A stretch of 64,000 nt of DNA from the sequence record PZ386961.1. One strand, given 5' to 3'. The position numbers and the translations under genes are program-made. This document shows positions 52,080 through 61,860 of this stretch, in pieces. The notes below the pieces were generated by a model. It worked only from the letters and a program-made list of their open reading frames with translations, was not told the DNA's origin and ran no database searches. Numbering within the stretch: position 1 is the first letter of the stretch; the number at the start of each line of letters is the position of its first letter. The DNA is from a phage.

Positions 52080-53495
52080 TTACCAGATATAACGGTCAAT
52101 CATTACTGCTTTGAGCATTACACTGATTGGGTCAAACTTCTCACCACCAAGCAGAGCTTTTAAAGTGGCTGGAGAGAACCCTGATACCATTGCTACACCG
52201 TTATCCTTAATAGATACTTCGCAAGTGCCATTACGGTTTGCTAAGTACCAGAATACCAGTTGTGGCATCTCATATCCAGATTTTTCGTACTTATCTCGAA
52301 TTGCTTCAAAGTTTGTACGACCATTAGCACCATCAACCTGATTAAACTCCATATCAGAGAAGATAATAAGCTTACTTGGCATATCTTTCTGAGTCAAGTT
52401 GTTTCTTTTACCTGTTTCAAGAATGCGGTCAAAAGCTGCTTGTAAGTTAGTTGAGCCATATTCAACGTGTCGCATCACCTGACGATGACGGTTTCGTAAA
52501 TCACCACTCAGTTCGATGAAGTGAGGGTTTGTCGAATAAACCATCAACTCATTCTTAAAGCAACCTGTATTGCGTTCTGCTACATACAAGGCAAGTGATA
52601 CACCAATATCCAGAGCAGTAATGGAGCCAAAATTCACCCAAGACATTGAACTTGATACATCAGACATACACAAGATGTTTTCACCTTCTGCCATCCAGTT
52701 TGGTAGTGCTTTCCACTGCTCATTAGCAACATCTGCATTACCATACTTGACAGATTTAATCACATCGTATGGGTAAACAGCACCAGCGTTAATCTTAGTC
52801 TCACCTTTTGATAAGGACTCGATGTAAGCTTTGTAACGCTCTCCATCTTTACGGTTAAACAGTTTTTGGTAACGTGCAGCAGCAAGTGAAGGAATCTTAC
52901 TGTAGTCAATCTTACCAAACTCATTAGCAGAGATTTTTTGCTCAACTGTATCAGATAGTGCAGACAACAGTGTGCGGTACTCTTTCTCACTCAAGTTGGC
53001 AAACTTGCAGAAACGTTTTACAAACTGCTTATGACGTGGTTTGACTCGTGGTAACCACTTAGCCGCCAAACCTGCTGTTGCAGGGTCTAGTAATGCTGCT
53101 TCTAAATGCTTGAAGGCATCTGTCTCGAAACGAGTACCTACAAAGATTTTGAAGTCATCAAAACGACCAAGTTCTGCAATCTTATCCATAATGCGAAGAA
53201 CCTGCGTAGGCTCTAAAACTTTATCTTCAATTGCTTGAAGCAAAACAGTTCTGAAGGCTTTACGCTCACCCATACCTTCTCGTACATCTCGCATATGAAG
53301 CAAAATACGAACTGCAACATCAACATCCTCACGCAAAGCTTTGTAGAACAAGTCTGGTAAGATTTCTACATTGCTACGGCTTGAACCAGCAGCTTTGTAA
53401 AAGTCTACAAGAGCAGACATTGATGAAGTATGGTTTACAGCACCATTTTCAGTTCGACCTGCATGAAGGTGCGCATGTTTAAATAATTCGCTCAT
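52080..53495 (-). CDS. vWA-domain protein with helical N-terminal domain (Ro60/TROVE-like or DUF2828-like)
   Basis: C-terminal MIDAS motif in ILCMSDVSSSMSW (DxSxS) and downstream IIFSDMEF; N-terminal about 270 aa helical. Confidence 0.5.
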   Translation of the reverse strand: MSELFKHAHLHAGRTENGAVNHTSSMSALVDFYKAAGSSRSNVEILPDLFYKALREDVDVAVRILLHMRDVREGMGERKAFRTVLLQAIEDKVLEPTQVLRIMDKIAELGRFDDFKIFVGTRFETDAFKHLEAALLDPATAGLAAKWLPRVKPRHKQFVKRFCKFANLSEKEYRTLLSALSDTVEQKISANEFGKIDYSKIPSLAAARYQKLFNRKDGERYKAYIESLSKGETKINAGAVYPYDVIKSVKYGNADVANEQWKALPNWMAEGENILCMSDVSSSMSWVNFGSITALDIGVSLALYVAERNTGCFKNELMVYSTNPHFIELSGDLRNRHRQVMRHVEYGSTNLQAAFDRILETGKRNNLTQKDMPSKLIIFSDMEFNQVDGANGRTNFEAIRDKYEKSGYEMPQLVFWYLANRNGTCEVSIKDNGVAMVSGFSPATLKALLGGEKFDPISVMLKAVMIDRYIW

Positions 53496-53576
53496 ATTTT
53501 ACTCTCTTCTCTCATTTGTTGTTTGATGTGACAGACTTTAGAGCAACTTTATAAAGTCTGTCAACATCTTTTAAAA

Positions 53577-53948
53577 TTATTTTTTAAGGGTTGCAACAGC
53601 AGAGAACGTTGGTTTGTTATCTGTCTGAGACTGACCACCGTTATCAGGGGTCTTCTTAGTGTCTGCTGCAATTGCTTTCATCTCACCTGCTGAGTGAGTC
53701 ATGATAGTTTTACCAGCCTCCATCATCGACTTCAGGTTTACATCGTCAGTCGTCAAACCGAACTCTGCAAGTTTAGCAGCATCCCTTGTAACAATTGCCT
53801 CAAACAACTTTGCAGCAAACTCAGCAGAATTATCAATGGTCAGTTGAGCTTTTACAAGTGAGCTTTTGTTACGAGAGCCTTTTGGTCTTCCAGATGGGTT
53901 TCCAGACTGGCCTTTTTTAAACTGGCCTTTGTTTGTTCTGTTTTTCAT
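53577..53948 (-). CDS. hypothetical protein with N-terminal basic GNPSGRPKG motif
   Basis: 123 aa; N-terminus NKGQFKKGQSGNPSGRPKGSRNK. Confidence 0.45.
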   Translation of the reverse strand: MKNRTNKGQFKKGQSGNPSGRPKGSRNKSSLVKAQLTIDNSAEFAAKLFEAIVTRDAAKLAEFGLTTDDVNLKSMMEAGKTIMTHSAGEMKAIAADTKKTPDNGGQSQTDNKPTFSAVATLKK

Positions 53949-54076
53949 TGGTATGCCTCTTATAAGACCTCTTAAAAGGCTTTTAAGATAAAAGATAGAT
54001 ATCCAGAAAGATATCTGTTTAAATAGCCTTTTTAGAGGAACCTTTTAAGTTATCTTCTAAGTATTTATAAGCCTAC

Positions 54077-54099
54077 ACCTTGTCAAGTACTTTGTCAAC
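54077..54099 (+). promoter_or_regulatory. conserved 23-bp motif ACCTTGTCAAGTACTTTGTCAAC (second copy)
   Basis: Matches 11575..11597 at 22 of 23 positions; about 100 nt upstream of first plus-strand gene of this block. Confidence 0.5.
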
Positions 54100-54197
54100 A
54101 ACTTTTTTAACTTGCAATAGTTCTTGACTTGTTGTATGGATTACTGTACCATCTTACTTAAAGCTGTAGGTCTGCCTTGTTCTACAAAGGAGACTTA

Positions 54198-54359
54198 ATG
54201 AGAAAATCAAATAAACCGAAGAAAGGTAAGAATACCAATCACTGTAAGGAATCAAAAAGGGTAGAGTTAATCTACTATTCATCCTCTGAAATTGGTCTGT
54301 ACCTGTTCTTTCAAAATTACAGAAGACAAGAGGATTATCTATGTGTAGTTCCCAATTAG
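54198..54359 (+). CDS. hypothetical small basic protein
   Basis: ATG 54198 with upstream AAGGAGA; track ORF starts at TTG 54177. Confidence 0.4.
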   Translation: MRKSNKPKKGKNTNHCKESKRVELIYYSSSEIGLYLFFQNYRRQEDYLCVVPN

Positions 54360-54574
54360 AAATCGCAGATATTATAGATTTATATCAAACTGCAAAGAGT
54401 CATGGCTATATAACCTCAATTGGAAAGAATAGTCACTATGATGCTTTGACTGGAATGTATTTCAGGGCAATGGCTCAATCTAGTGAACAACACTTAATGG
54501 TTTCTTCCAGTGAGTTTACTTCGTTTCTCTATTGCAGCAAAATTATAAATCGCAGGAGAACTGAAAAATGTTAA
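54341..54574 (+). CDS. hypothetical protein
   Basis: 77 aa. Confidence 0.45.
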   Translation: MCSSQLEIADIIDLYQTAKSHGYITSIGKNSHYDALTGMYFRAMAQSSEQHLMVSSSEFTSFLYCSKIINRRRTEKC

Positions 54575-55158
54575 CAGTAAGTTTTAATTACAATAGTGAT
54601 GGCTCTGTATCAATCAACTCACCTTATTCAAATGACCTATTGAAAGAGTTGGTTAACCAGTGTGATAGAGGTCTTCACTACGTTCCAAAGTCTTTTAAAC
54701 AAAAGACTATTGCTAATAACTTGATGCGTGTAACTGTAACCACATCAAACCCAAACTATGACATTGATAGTGAAAGCCCATACTCATTAGTAGCTCTCGG
54801 TGAAGGAAGTCAGTTCAAACTTGTATGTCACGACTCTGAAACCTTCCTGAAGGTATTTTCCAATCTTATCCACAATAACAAGTACACATATGTTGATGGT
54901 AGTGCAAACTTCTATCCTGCAAACTACACTTGTTTGCTAATTGACAATATGAGAAACAGCAAACAAGAACCTACTGAAATCTCATTTGATGTGAACTCTA
55001 GTCCAGGCGCAGAAACAAGTAATAACTTTGATATGAGTTACGCACTATCACTTAGTAAGAAATCCGAGTTCATTGATTATGTCAATGGATTTGGTTTTAA
55101 GTTTGACGAGAGCATGAATCTCAAAAAGCTTAAGAACCTACTTAAGACCAAAGCTTAA
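54568..55158 (+). CDS. hypothetical protein
   Basis: 196 aa. Confidence 0.5.
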   Translation: MLTVSFNYNSDGSVSINSPYSNDLLKELVNQCDRGLHYVPKSFKQKTIANNLMRVTVTTSNPNYDIDSESPYSLVALGEGSQFKLVCHDSETFLKVFSNLIHNNKYTYVDGSANFYPANYTCLLIDNMRNSKQEPTEISFDVNSSPGAETSNNFDMSYALSLSKKSEFIDYVNGFGFKFDESMNLKKLKNLLKTKA

Positions 55159-55321
55159 GTGTAAACAGGGGCTAACGCCCCTTTATCTATTTATAAGGAT
55201 ATTTAATGAAGGCTAAGAGTGCAAAGACTTTTATTGCTTCCTACAATCCTATATCCTCTCCGTGGAGAATGGTGAAAAATACAATCTTAACGATGTTATT
55301 TCATCACCTTTAACATGGAGA

Positions 55322-55576
55322 ATGAGTAGATGGCCTGAAGAGGATATTACACCAACTGCCGAGCAACCTACCTATAACCCAGACATTAAACTCCCAGATT
55401 CAGATAAGTTATTATACCCAATGTTCCACATTGTTGGGCTTGGTACGTTTCTTATGGATATCCAGTATGTAATTGGTAAGGGTTATAAAGTTGAAGGTAT
55501 TGTTGTTGGTGATGTGTCTCCACAACATAAAGGCTATTTCAGATTAAACGCACGTTTAGAGGCTAAAAAGAAATGA
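55322..55576 (+). CDS. hypothetical protein, paralog of the N-terminal domain of the Ig-like repeat protein
   Basis: Start at ATG 55322 after GGAG; WPEEDI...DSDKLLY...FLMDIQYVI..LNARLEAKK aligns with N-terminus of 55573..56709. Confidence 0.45.
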   Translation: MSRWPEEDITPTAEQPTYNPDIKLPDSDKLLYPMFHIVGLGTFLMDIQYVIGKGYKVEGIVVGDVSPQHKGYFRLNARLEAKKK

Positions 55577-56709
55577 TTAAAGCAAAGACTTACCCAGACT
55601 TCAAAGAGTTTGTAAAGGGCTTCGTTGCAAATGTAAAGGCTGGTAAGAGATATGATTTTAGAACATATCAAGAGGCTATTTTGCCACTTACTTATAGTTC
55701 GTATTGGCCTGAAGCTGATATTGCAGAAGTTGAAGAGTTTGACTACAAACCAGCCTATAAAGTCCCATTTAGTGATGAGTTGCTTTACAGCATCGGTGCT
55801 CAAATGAGAACTTCTGATTTCTTCATGGATTTGCAATATGCAATTATCAATGGTAAAGACGTTGATACTGTTTATTGTGAATGGTTGGCAAGAGTTAAAC
55901 CATTCTCAATGTTAAATGCTAAGTTAAAGGATGCTATCAAACCACCATCAATCACTCAGCAACCAACCAATCAAACAGTAAATGAAGGTGGTGCATTTAC
56001 CTTAAGTATTGTTGCAGTTAATGCCACAGGGTATCAGTGGAAGAAGGGTGGTGAAGATATCACTAGTGCTACCTCTGCAACTTACACAAAACAGTCAGTG
56101 GTTCCTTCTGACGCTGGTTCATATACCTGTGTTGTATCTGGGGGGGGTGGGACAAGTGTCACATCAGATGCAGCAACAGTTACTGTGAATGCCTTACCAG
56201 TGATTACCAAGCAACCTTCTAATCAGACCGTTAATGAAGGTGGAAACATCAGCTTAGCAGTTACTGCAACAGGTGCAACTGGTTACCAATGGAAGAAAGA
56301 TGGTTCCGACATCCCTTCAGCTACAAAGGCCACATATAGCAAATCTGGTGCACTTCCAGCAGATGCTGGCTCATACACTTGCGTTGTAACAGGTGCTGGA
56401 GGTTCGGTTACTTCTAACCCTGCAACTATCACAGTAAACGCACTACCAGTGATTACTCAGCAACCAACAAATCAAGAAATCACAGAAGGTGAAACCTTGA
56501 CACTAAGTGTTGTAGCTACTGGTGCAACAGGCTATCAGTGGAAGAAAGATAACGTAAACATTCCTAGTGCAACTGCTGCAACTTACACCAAAGAAAGTGC
56601 AACGAGTGCAGATGATACTGGTTCATACACTTGTGTAGTTACTGGTGCAGGAGGTTCAGTAACCTCTAATGCCGCAACAGTTACTGTTAATCCAGTAGGA
56701 GGTGAATAA
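55573..56709 (+). CDS. Ig-like (I-set/Big-type) repeat protein
   Basis: Three tandem ~90-aa repeats with QPxNQTVNEGG...GATGYQWKK...SATxATYTK...AGSYTCVV; contains a G8 homopolymer at 56140-56147. Confidence 0.6.
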   Translation: MIKAKTYPDFKEFVKGFVANVKAGKRYDFRTYQEAILPLTYSSYWPEADIAEVEEFDYKPAYKVPFSDELLYSIGAQMRTSDFFMDLQYAIINGKDVDTVYCEWLARVKPFSMLNAKLKDAIKPPSITQQPTNQTVNEGGAFTLSIVAVNATGYQWKKGGEDITSATSATYTKQSVVPSDAGSYTCVVSGGGGTSVTSDAATVTVNALPVITKQPSNQTVNEGGNISLAVTATGATGYQWKKDGSDIPSATKATYSKSGALPADAGSYTCVVTGAGGSVTSNPATITVNALPVITQQPTNQEITEGETLTLSVVATGATGYQWKKDNVNIPSATAATYTKESATSADDTGSYTCVVTGAGGSVTSNAATVTVNPVGGE

Positions 56710-57173
56710 TGCAACTATCAAAGAAGGGTCTAGAGGCTATTAAATTCTTTGAAGGTCTTGAGTTAGAAGCCTACAAAGATTCTGCCGGAATCCCAACAAT
56801 TGGTTACGGGACAATCTGTATTGATGGAAGACCTGTCAAAATGGGTATGAAGATTACTGAGGAACAGGCTGAACAGTATCTTCTTGCTGATGTTGAAAAG
56901 TTTGTCAGTGCAGTCAACAAAGCAATCAAAACCCCAACCACTCAAAATGAGTTTGATGCCCTTGTTAGTGAAACATACAACATCGGTATCACGGCTATGC
57001 AGGACTCTACATTTATCAAGCGCCACAACGCTGGTAATAAGGTAGGTTGTGCAGAAGCTATGCAGTGGTGGAACAAGGTAACGGTCAAAGGTGAGAAGGT
57101 CACTTCAAACGGTCTTAAAAACAGACGCAGAATGGAAGCTGATATTTACCTTGACAGTGTATACCCAAAGTAA
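56709..57173 (+). CDS. lysozyme (endolysin, GH24-like)
   Basis: N-terminal FEGLELEAYKDSAGIPTIGYG signature. Confidence 0.85.
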   Translation: MQLSKKGLEAIKFFEGLELEAYKDSAGIPTIGYGTICIDGRPVKMGMKITEEQAEQYLLADVEKFVSAVNKAIKTPTTQNEFDALVSETYNIGITAMQDSTFIKRHNAGNKVGCAEAMQWWNKVTVKGEKVTSNGLKNRRRMEADIYLDSVYPK

Positions 57174-57182
57174 TATCTTCAT

Positions 57183-57210
57183 AGGCTCCTTCGGGAGCCT
57201 TTTTTATTTT
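57183..57210 (+). terminator. rho-independent terminator (aggctcc-ttcg-ggagcct plus T-run)
   Basis: GC hairpin with ttcg loop and tttttatttt just after lysozyme stop. Confidence 0.65.
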
Positions 57211-57224
57211 CTAAGGAGAAAGCT

Positions 57225-57623
57225 ATGAAACTTTGGGCTAGTGACTTTGGAACTTTTAAGTACACTCGTAATGGCTCGCTTGTACGCATTGTCGGGAACA
57301 ATGTGGTTTCAAGAGGTGACAAGGTATATACACGGTTTACTGTAGAGCTTGTTGAACTGTCACCTATTGAGTCTGTGAACAATGGCCTGTTCAAGTTTGA
57401 GACTTACAATGTCAACGAACATGGACAATTCAACCCTCTTGGTGAAAGTGGACTTGATATTATTTCAGAGCACCCATTGACAAAAGAGCAACTCGCAAGT
57501 TATTATAAAAATGTTCTGGAAAGGCAGTTAGCAACACATGAACAAGAAGCTAACTATCATTTACAACATTGCGAAGCTTTAAGAGCAAAAATCGAACAAG
57601 CAGAGAGAGGTTTTTATGAATAA
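57225..57623 (+). CDS. hypothetical protein
   Basis: 132 aa, ATG after AAGGAGA. Confidence 0.5.
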   Translation: MKLWASDFGTFKYTRNGSLVRIVGNNVVSRGDKVYTRFTVELVELSPIESVNNGLFKFETYNVNEHGQFNPLGESGLDIISEHPLTKEQLASYYKNVLERQLATHEQEANYHLQHCEALRAKIEQAERGFYE

Positions 57624-58014
57624 AGATGTTAGAGATATTCAAGTAAAAGTTGACACGTTTGGGCATGATGGCCGTGAAGACGCTGGTCTTGCTGATGCAG
57701 TAATCTTTGAGTGTAATGGTAATATCTGCCTTCGTTTTACAGGCTCAGGTAGCACACTACGTAGGATGCGAGATGATGCAGATGGCTGCCCTGTATTTGG
57801 CTGGTATGATATGGAGTTCCCTCTTTACGCCATCCATTATCCAGATGGTGGAGAAGACTGGACAACTCAATCAATCCGTGATGAGCTTAATGGCATTCCA
57901 GTTGAGCAAGAAGAGCAAGAGTCTGTTGAACTCACCTTCACTTTTATCAAAGAAGAGAAAGTAGGTGACTTGTCAGTAACTGAAGCAATTCAAGTCTCAC
58001 AGGTTATTCGTTAA
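57616..58014 (+). CDS. hypothetical protein
   Basis: 132 aa. Confidence 0.5.
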   Translation: MNKDVRDIQVKVDTFGHDGREDAGLADAVIFECNGNICLRFTGSGSTLRRMRDDADGCPVFGWYDMEFPLYAIHYPDGGEDWTTQSIRDELNGIPVEQEEQESVELTFTFIKEEKVGDLSVTEAIQVSQVIR

Positions 58015-58307
58015 TGAGTAAAGTACAGGTTGTTTTCCCTATTTGTGACTTCTCACTAGAGCGTGAACTTGACCTGTACGAAGAAATTACTGACGAAATT
58101 ATCTGGTCTGTTGTAGAAGAGGCTATCAAGAAGCTGTATGGTGGCCTCTTAAATCCATCAAGTAAGAAGTTAAGCACTAAGCAAGTAGCTGACCCATATG
58201 TTTCATATGATGCCTACAACAAGCCTTTTGAAAATACCTGCTTTGACCTTATGGTAGGTAATAACAAAGTCAACTATTTCTTCGTCAGAGAGTTTAACGA
58301 TGAGTAA
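58014..58307 (+). CDS. hypothetical protein
   Basis: 97 aa. Confidence 0.45.
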   Translation: MSKVQVVFPICDFSLERELDLYEEITDEIIWSVVEEAIKKLYGGLLNPSSKKLSTKQVADPYVSYDAYNKPFENTCFDLMVGNNKVNYFFVREFNDE

Positions 58308-58644
58308 GCTCCATGTCACAGTATACAAAAACTTCTCAGATATCAAAGAGTCTTTAACAAATAAGCTTGACTTACAACGTAAAAGACTCTTTTTAATGTA
58401 TGACATAGACAACTACAACCATCCTAAAGAGTTTAACTACAAAGATGGTACAAAGGTTGTTGAGTTTGAAGATTCTGTGACGGTATATGTCAAGCATGAC
58501 TTACCAGCAAAGTACATAGGGATGCTAGAGTACTACATATTCAAACATACTGGTATGCGTGGTGAGTCTGTTAAGATATCTTCTATAGAAGTTTTTGAGA
58601 AACCTAACACACAACTTAAAAAGTATTTAATGAGGAAACTGTAA
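58300..58644 (+). CDS. hypothetical protein
   Basis: 114 aa. Confidence 0.45.
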   Translation: MSKLHVTVYKNFSDIKESLTNKLDLQRKRLFLMYDIDNYNHPKEFNYKDGTKVVEFEDSVTVYVKHDLPAKYIGMLEYYIFKHTGMRGESVKISSIEVFEKPNTQLKKYLMRKL

Positions 58645-59225
58645 TGTCAGAAGAACATGAGCATATCCAACCAGAAGTTACATTAGTAAAACATTTCGGA
58701 AATGTAGAAGGCTGTGTAGCACTTTTTCAAACCAACATCAATTCTCCAGTCAAACTGTGCAAATTGACGATAAACACAAACAATATCAGTGTATGTGTGA
58801 ATGAAGAAGTCCAGTACTTCAAATTCAATGATAAAGAGGTTGATGCTGCACTATTAAAGTACAGAGCAAATCTTGAAAAAGATATTGACCATAAAGAGGT
58901 GGTGAGTCTCTTTGCAGACCTTCATAAGCTTCTTGATAAGGTTGAAAAAAGAACATATTACATGAATAATGGCTCAATCATCACTACCATGATTTCACCA
59001 TGTATCTCTGAGCCAATCTTCACAGATGATGGTGCTTACTATGTTGTAGCATCGGCAGTATCTGATTGGTGGTTAAAGAATAACGCACTGAAGACAGTGA
59101 TTGAGGCTATCAGAGAACACATCCCTACATTTAGCCCGTGGAAAGGCAAAGGTGATGAATTTATCGCACTATTGAGTGAAGAGAGCAACAAGCGCAGTGC
59201 ATTACTGCCTAAAAAATACTCTTGA
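58644..59225 (+). CDS. hypothetical protein
   Basis: 193 aa. Confidence 0.5.
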   Translation: MSEEHEHIQPEVTLVKHFGNVEGCVALFQTNINSPVKLCKLTINTNNISVCVNEEVQYFKFNDKEVDAALLKYRANLEKDIDHKEVVSLFADLHKLLDKVEKRTYYMNNGSIITTMISPCISEPIFTDDGAYYVVASAVSDWWLKNNALKTVIEAIREHIPTFSPWKGKGDEFIALLSEESNKRSALLPKKYS

Positions 59226-59309
59226 CCGAGTATACAATATTGATTATGATGGGGGCTATCGAGAGGTAGTTCCCTTTTTTAGTTTCTTGAGAAGATACGT
59301 GGTGAAAGA

Positions 59310-59528
59310 ATGAAAAAACTAACTACAGTTGAAGATTACTACAAACTGTCCTTGTTAGAACAGTATCGCAGAAGCCAGAATATCAGAAAATGCTATGGTA
59401 AACACGCTGAAGGTGATTTTTACCATTGTTACGATGCAGATTTAAAAGGTGTAACACCTAGAGGAAAAGTTCTGCAAAGATTTGTTGACCTTGAATGGAA
59501 CAAGAGATTGAGAGGGGTTGGAAAATGA
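59310..59528 (+). CDS. hypothetical protein
   Basis: 72 aa. Confidence 0.45.
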   Translation: MKKLTTVEDYYKLSLLEQYRRSQNIRKCYGKHAEGDFYHCYDADLKGVTPRGKVLQRFVDLEWNKRLRGVGK

Positions 59529-60028
59529 TTTACGAAGAAAGATATAAGATAGATTACCAGAAGACTGGTCATCATGTCTCTTTAAGAGTAACCAAACCAA
59601 ATGGAGATACCGGTATCATAGCACATTTTGGTGGTGATTATTGGTATGGTACAGGTTGCTTTGAAGGCTACACTCAAGAATACTTGAAAGCTTTCTACAG
59701 AGACTTTACAAATGACTACAACAGAGTTGTTGACGAAAAGAATAAGTGCATTAAGCATGAACACCATGCCAGAGGTTGTTTAAGTACGGTAATGGTACTG
59801 GCATTTTTCCTAGCAACATTACTGGCAGTATCAACAATCAGTTCCATAGCTCAAGACTTAACCATTACACAGATTACTGCAAAGGTATATGATGTTTGGT
59901 ACTTGTATGCTGTCCCTTTAGTTGGTATTATCATCGCACTAATGAGATTCAGAGTTCATAAGAAACGGCTTAAGGACTCTGAGGTTAAACTTGAAGAGGT
60001 AAGTAAAGAATGCAACCTACAATTATAG
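59525..60028 (+). CDS. hypothetical membrane protein
   Basis: Start at ATG 59525 (ATGA coupling); two C-terminal hydrophobic helices. Confidence 0.45.
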   Translation: MIYEERYKIDYQKTGHHVSLRVTKPNGDTGIIAHFGGDYWYGTGCFEGYTQEYLKAFYRDFTNDYNRVVDEKNKCIKHEHHARGCLSTVMVLAFFLATLLAVSTISSIAQDLTITQITAKVYDVWYLYAVPLVGIIIALMRFRVHKKRLKDSEVKLEEVSKECNLQL

Positions 60029-60104
60029 CTGTATGTGTTCGTTTTGCAATCGCTGAAATGATTAACAAGGCAATCTTGAAAGATGCCTATGGAGAAACTA
60101 AGTA

Positions 60105-60329
60105 ATGATTAAGACACCTGTACCAATTTTTGGATTTCCTTCTATAGAAGAGTTCAAAGTTTATCTTGACAAAAACTTCTACAATGAGCAGCCTGTTACT
60201 TTGCTGAAGAGTGACTTATCAGAGCTTCTTGATATGGTTATCAAGGCAACTTCTGAGAAGGAACCTGAGCAGAAAGCTGAGAAGAAGACTAGTAAGAAAT
60301 CCGATAAGAAGACTGAAAAGTCTGAGTAG
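60105..60329 (+). CDS. hypothetical protein with Lys-rich C-terminus
   Basis: 74 aa. Confidence 0.45.
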   Translation: MIKTPVPIFGFPSIEEFKVYLDKNFYNEQPVTLLKSDLSELLDMVIKATSEKEPEQKAEKKTSKKSDKKTEKSE

Positions 60330-60382
60330 TAACTTGAGGGGTTACTTGATAGCCCCTTTGTAGAAACTTAGAAGGTAGCGAA

Positions 60383-60805
60383 ATGAAAGAGCTTATTGGT
60401 AAAAGATTGACAGTTTACTGCTCTAAAACAAAGAAACCACTTACTTCTGTGAAGGTCTTTGATGTTGACACCACTGGTGTAGAGTACCCAATCCAATGCA
60501 CAATAATTACTCCATTCCATGCAGATGATATGGATTTTAAAGAGTGTGAAGTGATATCTTTTAATGCTGATGGGTATTGGAGAGGTAAGTTAAACAAGCA
60601 ATCAGAAGATTTTGATATGCAAATCCTTATCAATGAAGGCTATATTGGTGTAAAAGATATCCTCGTAGAAGCCTATGAAGAAGGTATAATTGATATTGTG
60701 CATGATGTTGAAAAAGCTTTAAAGCTTGTTATGCCGCATTTAGAATCTGGAAAGCTGACTTTAGAGATGCTTAATAGGATTATTCGGAGAGCTTATGAAA
60801 ATTAA
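60383..60805 (+). CDS. hypothetical protein
   Basis: 140 aa. Confidence 0.5.
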   Translation: MKELIGKRLTVYCSKTKKPLTSVKVFDVDTTGVEYPIQCTIITPFHADDMDFKECEVISFNADGYWRGKLNKQSEDFDMQILINEGYIGVKDILVEAYEEGIIDIVHDVEKALKLVMPHLESGKLTLEMLNRIIRRAYEN

Positions 60806-61259
60806 AGAAGTAGTGCAAAGAGCAATGCTTGACAATTCTACTAAAGATGAGATGTACACAGAAATTTGTGATAAGTTGAACTGCTCAAGACATGCTGCTA
60901 AGGTTCTTGTACATTGTTTTATTTGGGAATGCTCAGAAGCCTATATGAAACACGTAGCTTTTGAGAGTTCTCATTTACTCGGTGATGTAAAAATAGGTGT
61001 AGCACTAAAAGAGCCTGAGATGAAAACAGTACCTAAGGTCGGTAATGTGTATAAACTAAAAAATTTTATTACAGGCGAGATTGTTGCAGAAGGTGAAGTG
61101 CAACAGGTTTATCATGATGGTAAATATCTGTTTAAGATATTCGAGTATGATAGTCGTTACAGACACTTATGTGGTATTACATTTTTAGTTTCAGAGGATG
61201 ACCTCATCAAGAACAATAGTAATAAATTCGCAGTACCAGAATATCAAGTTTTACGATAA
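60795..61259 (+). CDS. hypothetical protein
   Basis: 154 aa. Confidence 0.5.
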   Translation: MKIKEVVQRAMLDNSTKDEMYTEICDKLNCSRHAAKVLVHCFIWECSEAYMKHVAFESSHLLGDVKIGVALKEPEMKTVPKVGNVYKLKNFITGEIVAEGEVQQVYHDGKYLFKIFEYDSRYRHLCGITFLVSEDDLIKNNSNKFAVPEYQVLR

Positions 61260-61272
61260 TGGTGTGATAGAT

Positions 61273-61821
61273 ATGGAAAAAGATAACTTAAAAGATGTTG
61301 AAGGTAACTATCTAGTCCTTGACTGGAAGGATGTTCGGGAAGCACTCTCTGAAGAAAATCTTGACTGGTTCGAACAAATTATCTTTGCAGTACGGCATAA
61401 CCGAGAAGTTGAAAATGGTAAAGAGCCACTTGAAGGAATATTTGTAGAGAAGTCTTATCCGTTCTATGAAGACACTTTGCAGAAAGTTAAAATGTACTTT
61501 AAACAGAAGAACCGTAAAGTGGTCACTATGGTATCTCTTGGTGGACAGAGTATGTCTGTGATGGAAGATATCAACCCTAAGAGACCGAGTAAAGGCGTTT
61601 GTATAAAAATCACAGGTCATGAAGAGTATATCTCAGTAGATGACTTTAGAGCATTCTGTAGTGGTTCTTGTGTCTTTAATGGTTTTCACTATGATATCCG
61701 AGTGTACCCAATCAAGGGAGATGATATCATGATGCAGGTATTCGATAATAACAATGGATTTACTCATTTTTATCAGACAACCAAGTCATCATTGAAAACA
61801 GTTCTGGAAACACTGATTTAA
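61273..61821 (+). CDS. hypothetical protein
   Basis: Start at internal ATG 61273; 182 aa. Confidence 0.45.
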   Translation: MEKDNLKDVEGNYLVLDWKDVREALSEENLDWFEQIIFAVRHNREVENGKEPLEGIFVEKSYPFYEDTLQKVKMYFKQKNRKVVTMVSLGGQSMSVMEDINPKRPSKGVCIKITGHEEYISVDDFRAFCSGSCVFNGFHYDIRVYPIKGDDIMMQVFDNNNGFTHFYQTTKSSLKTVLETLI

Positions 61822-61832
61822 AATATCTTAAG

Positions 61833-61860
61833 AGCCTCCTTAATCGGGGGCTTTTTAATT
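61833..61860 (+). terminator. rho-independent terminator-like hairpin plus T5
   Basis: agcctcc...gggggct stem (one G-U) followed by ttttt after last plus-strand gene. Confidence 0.45.
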
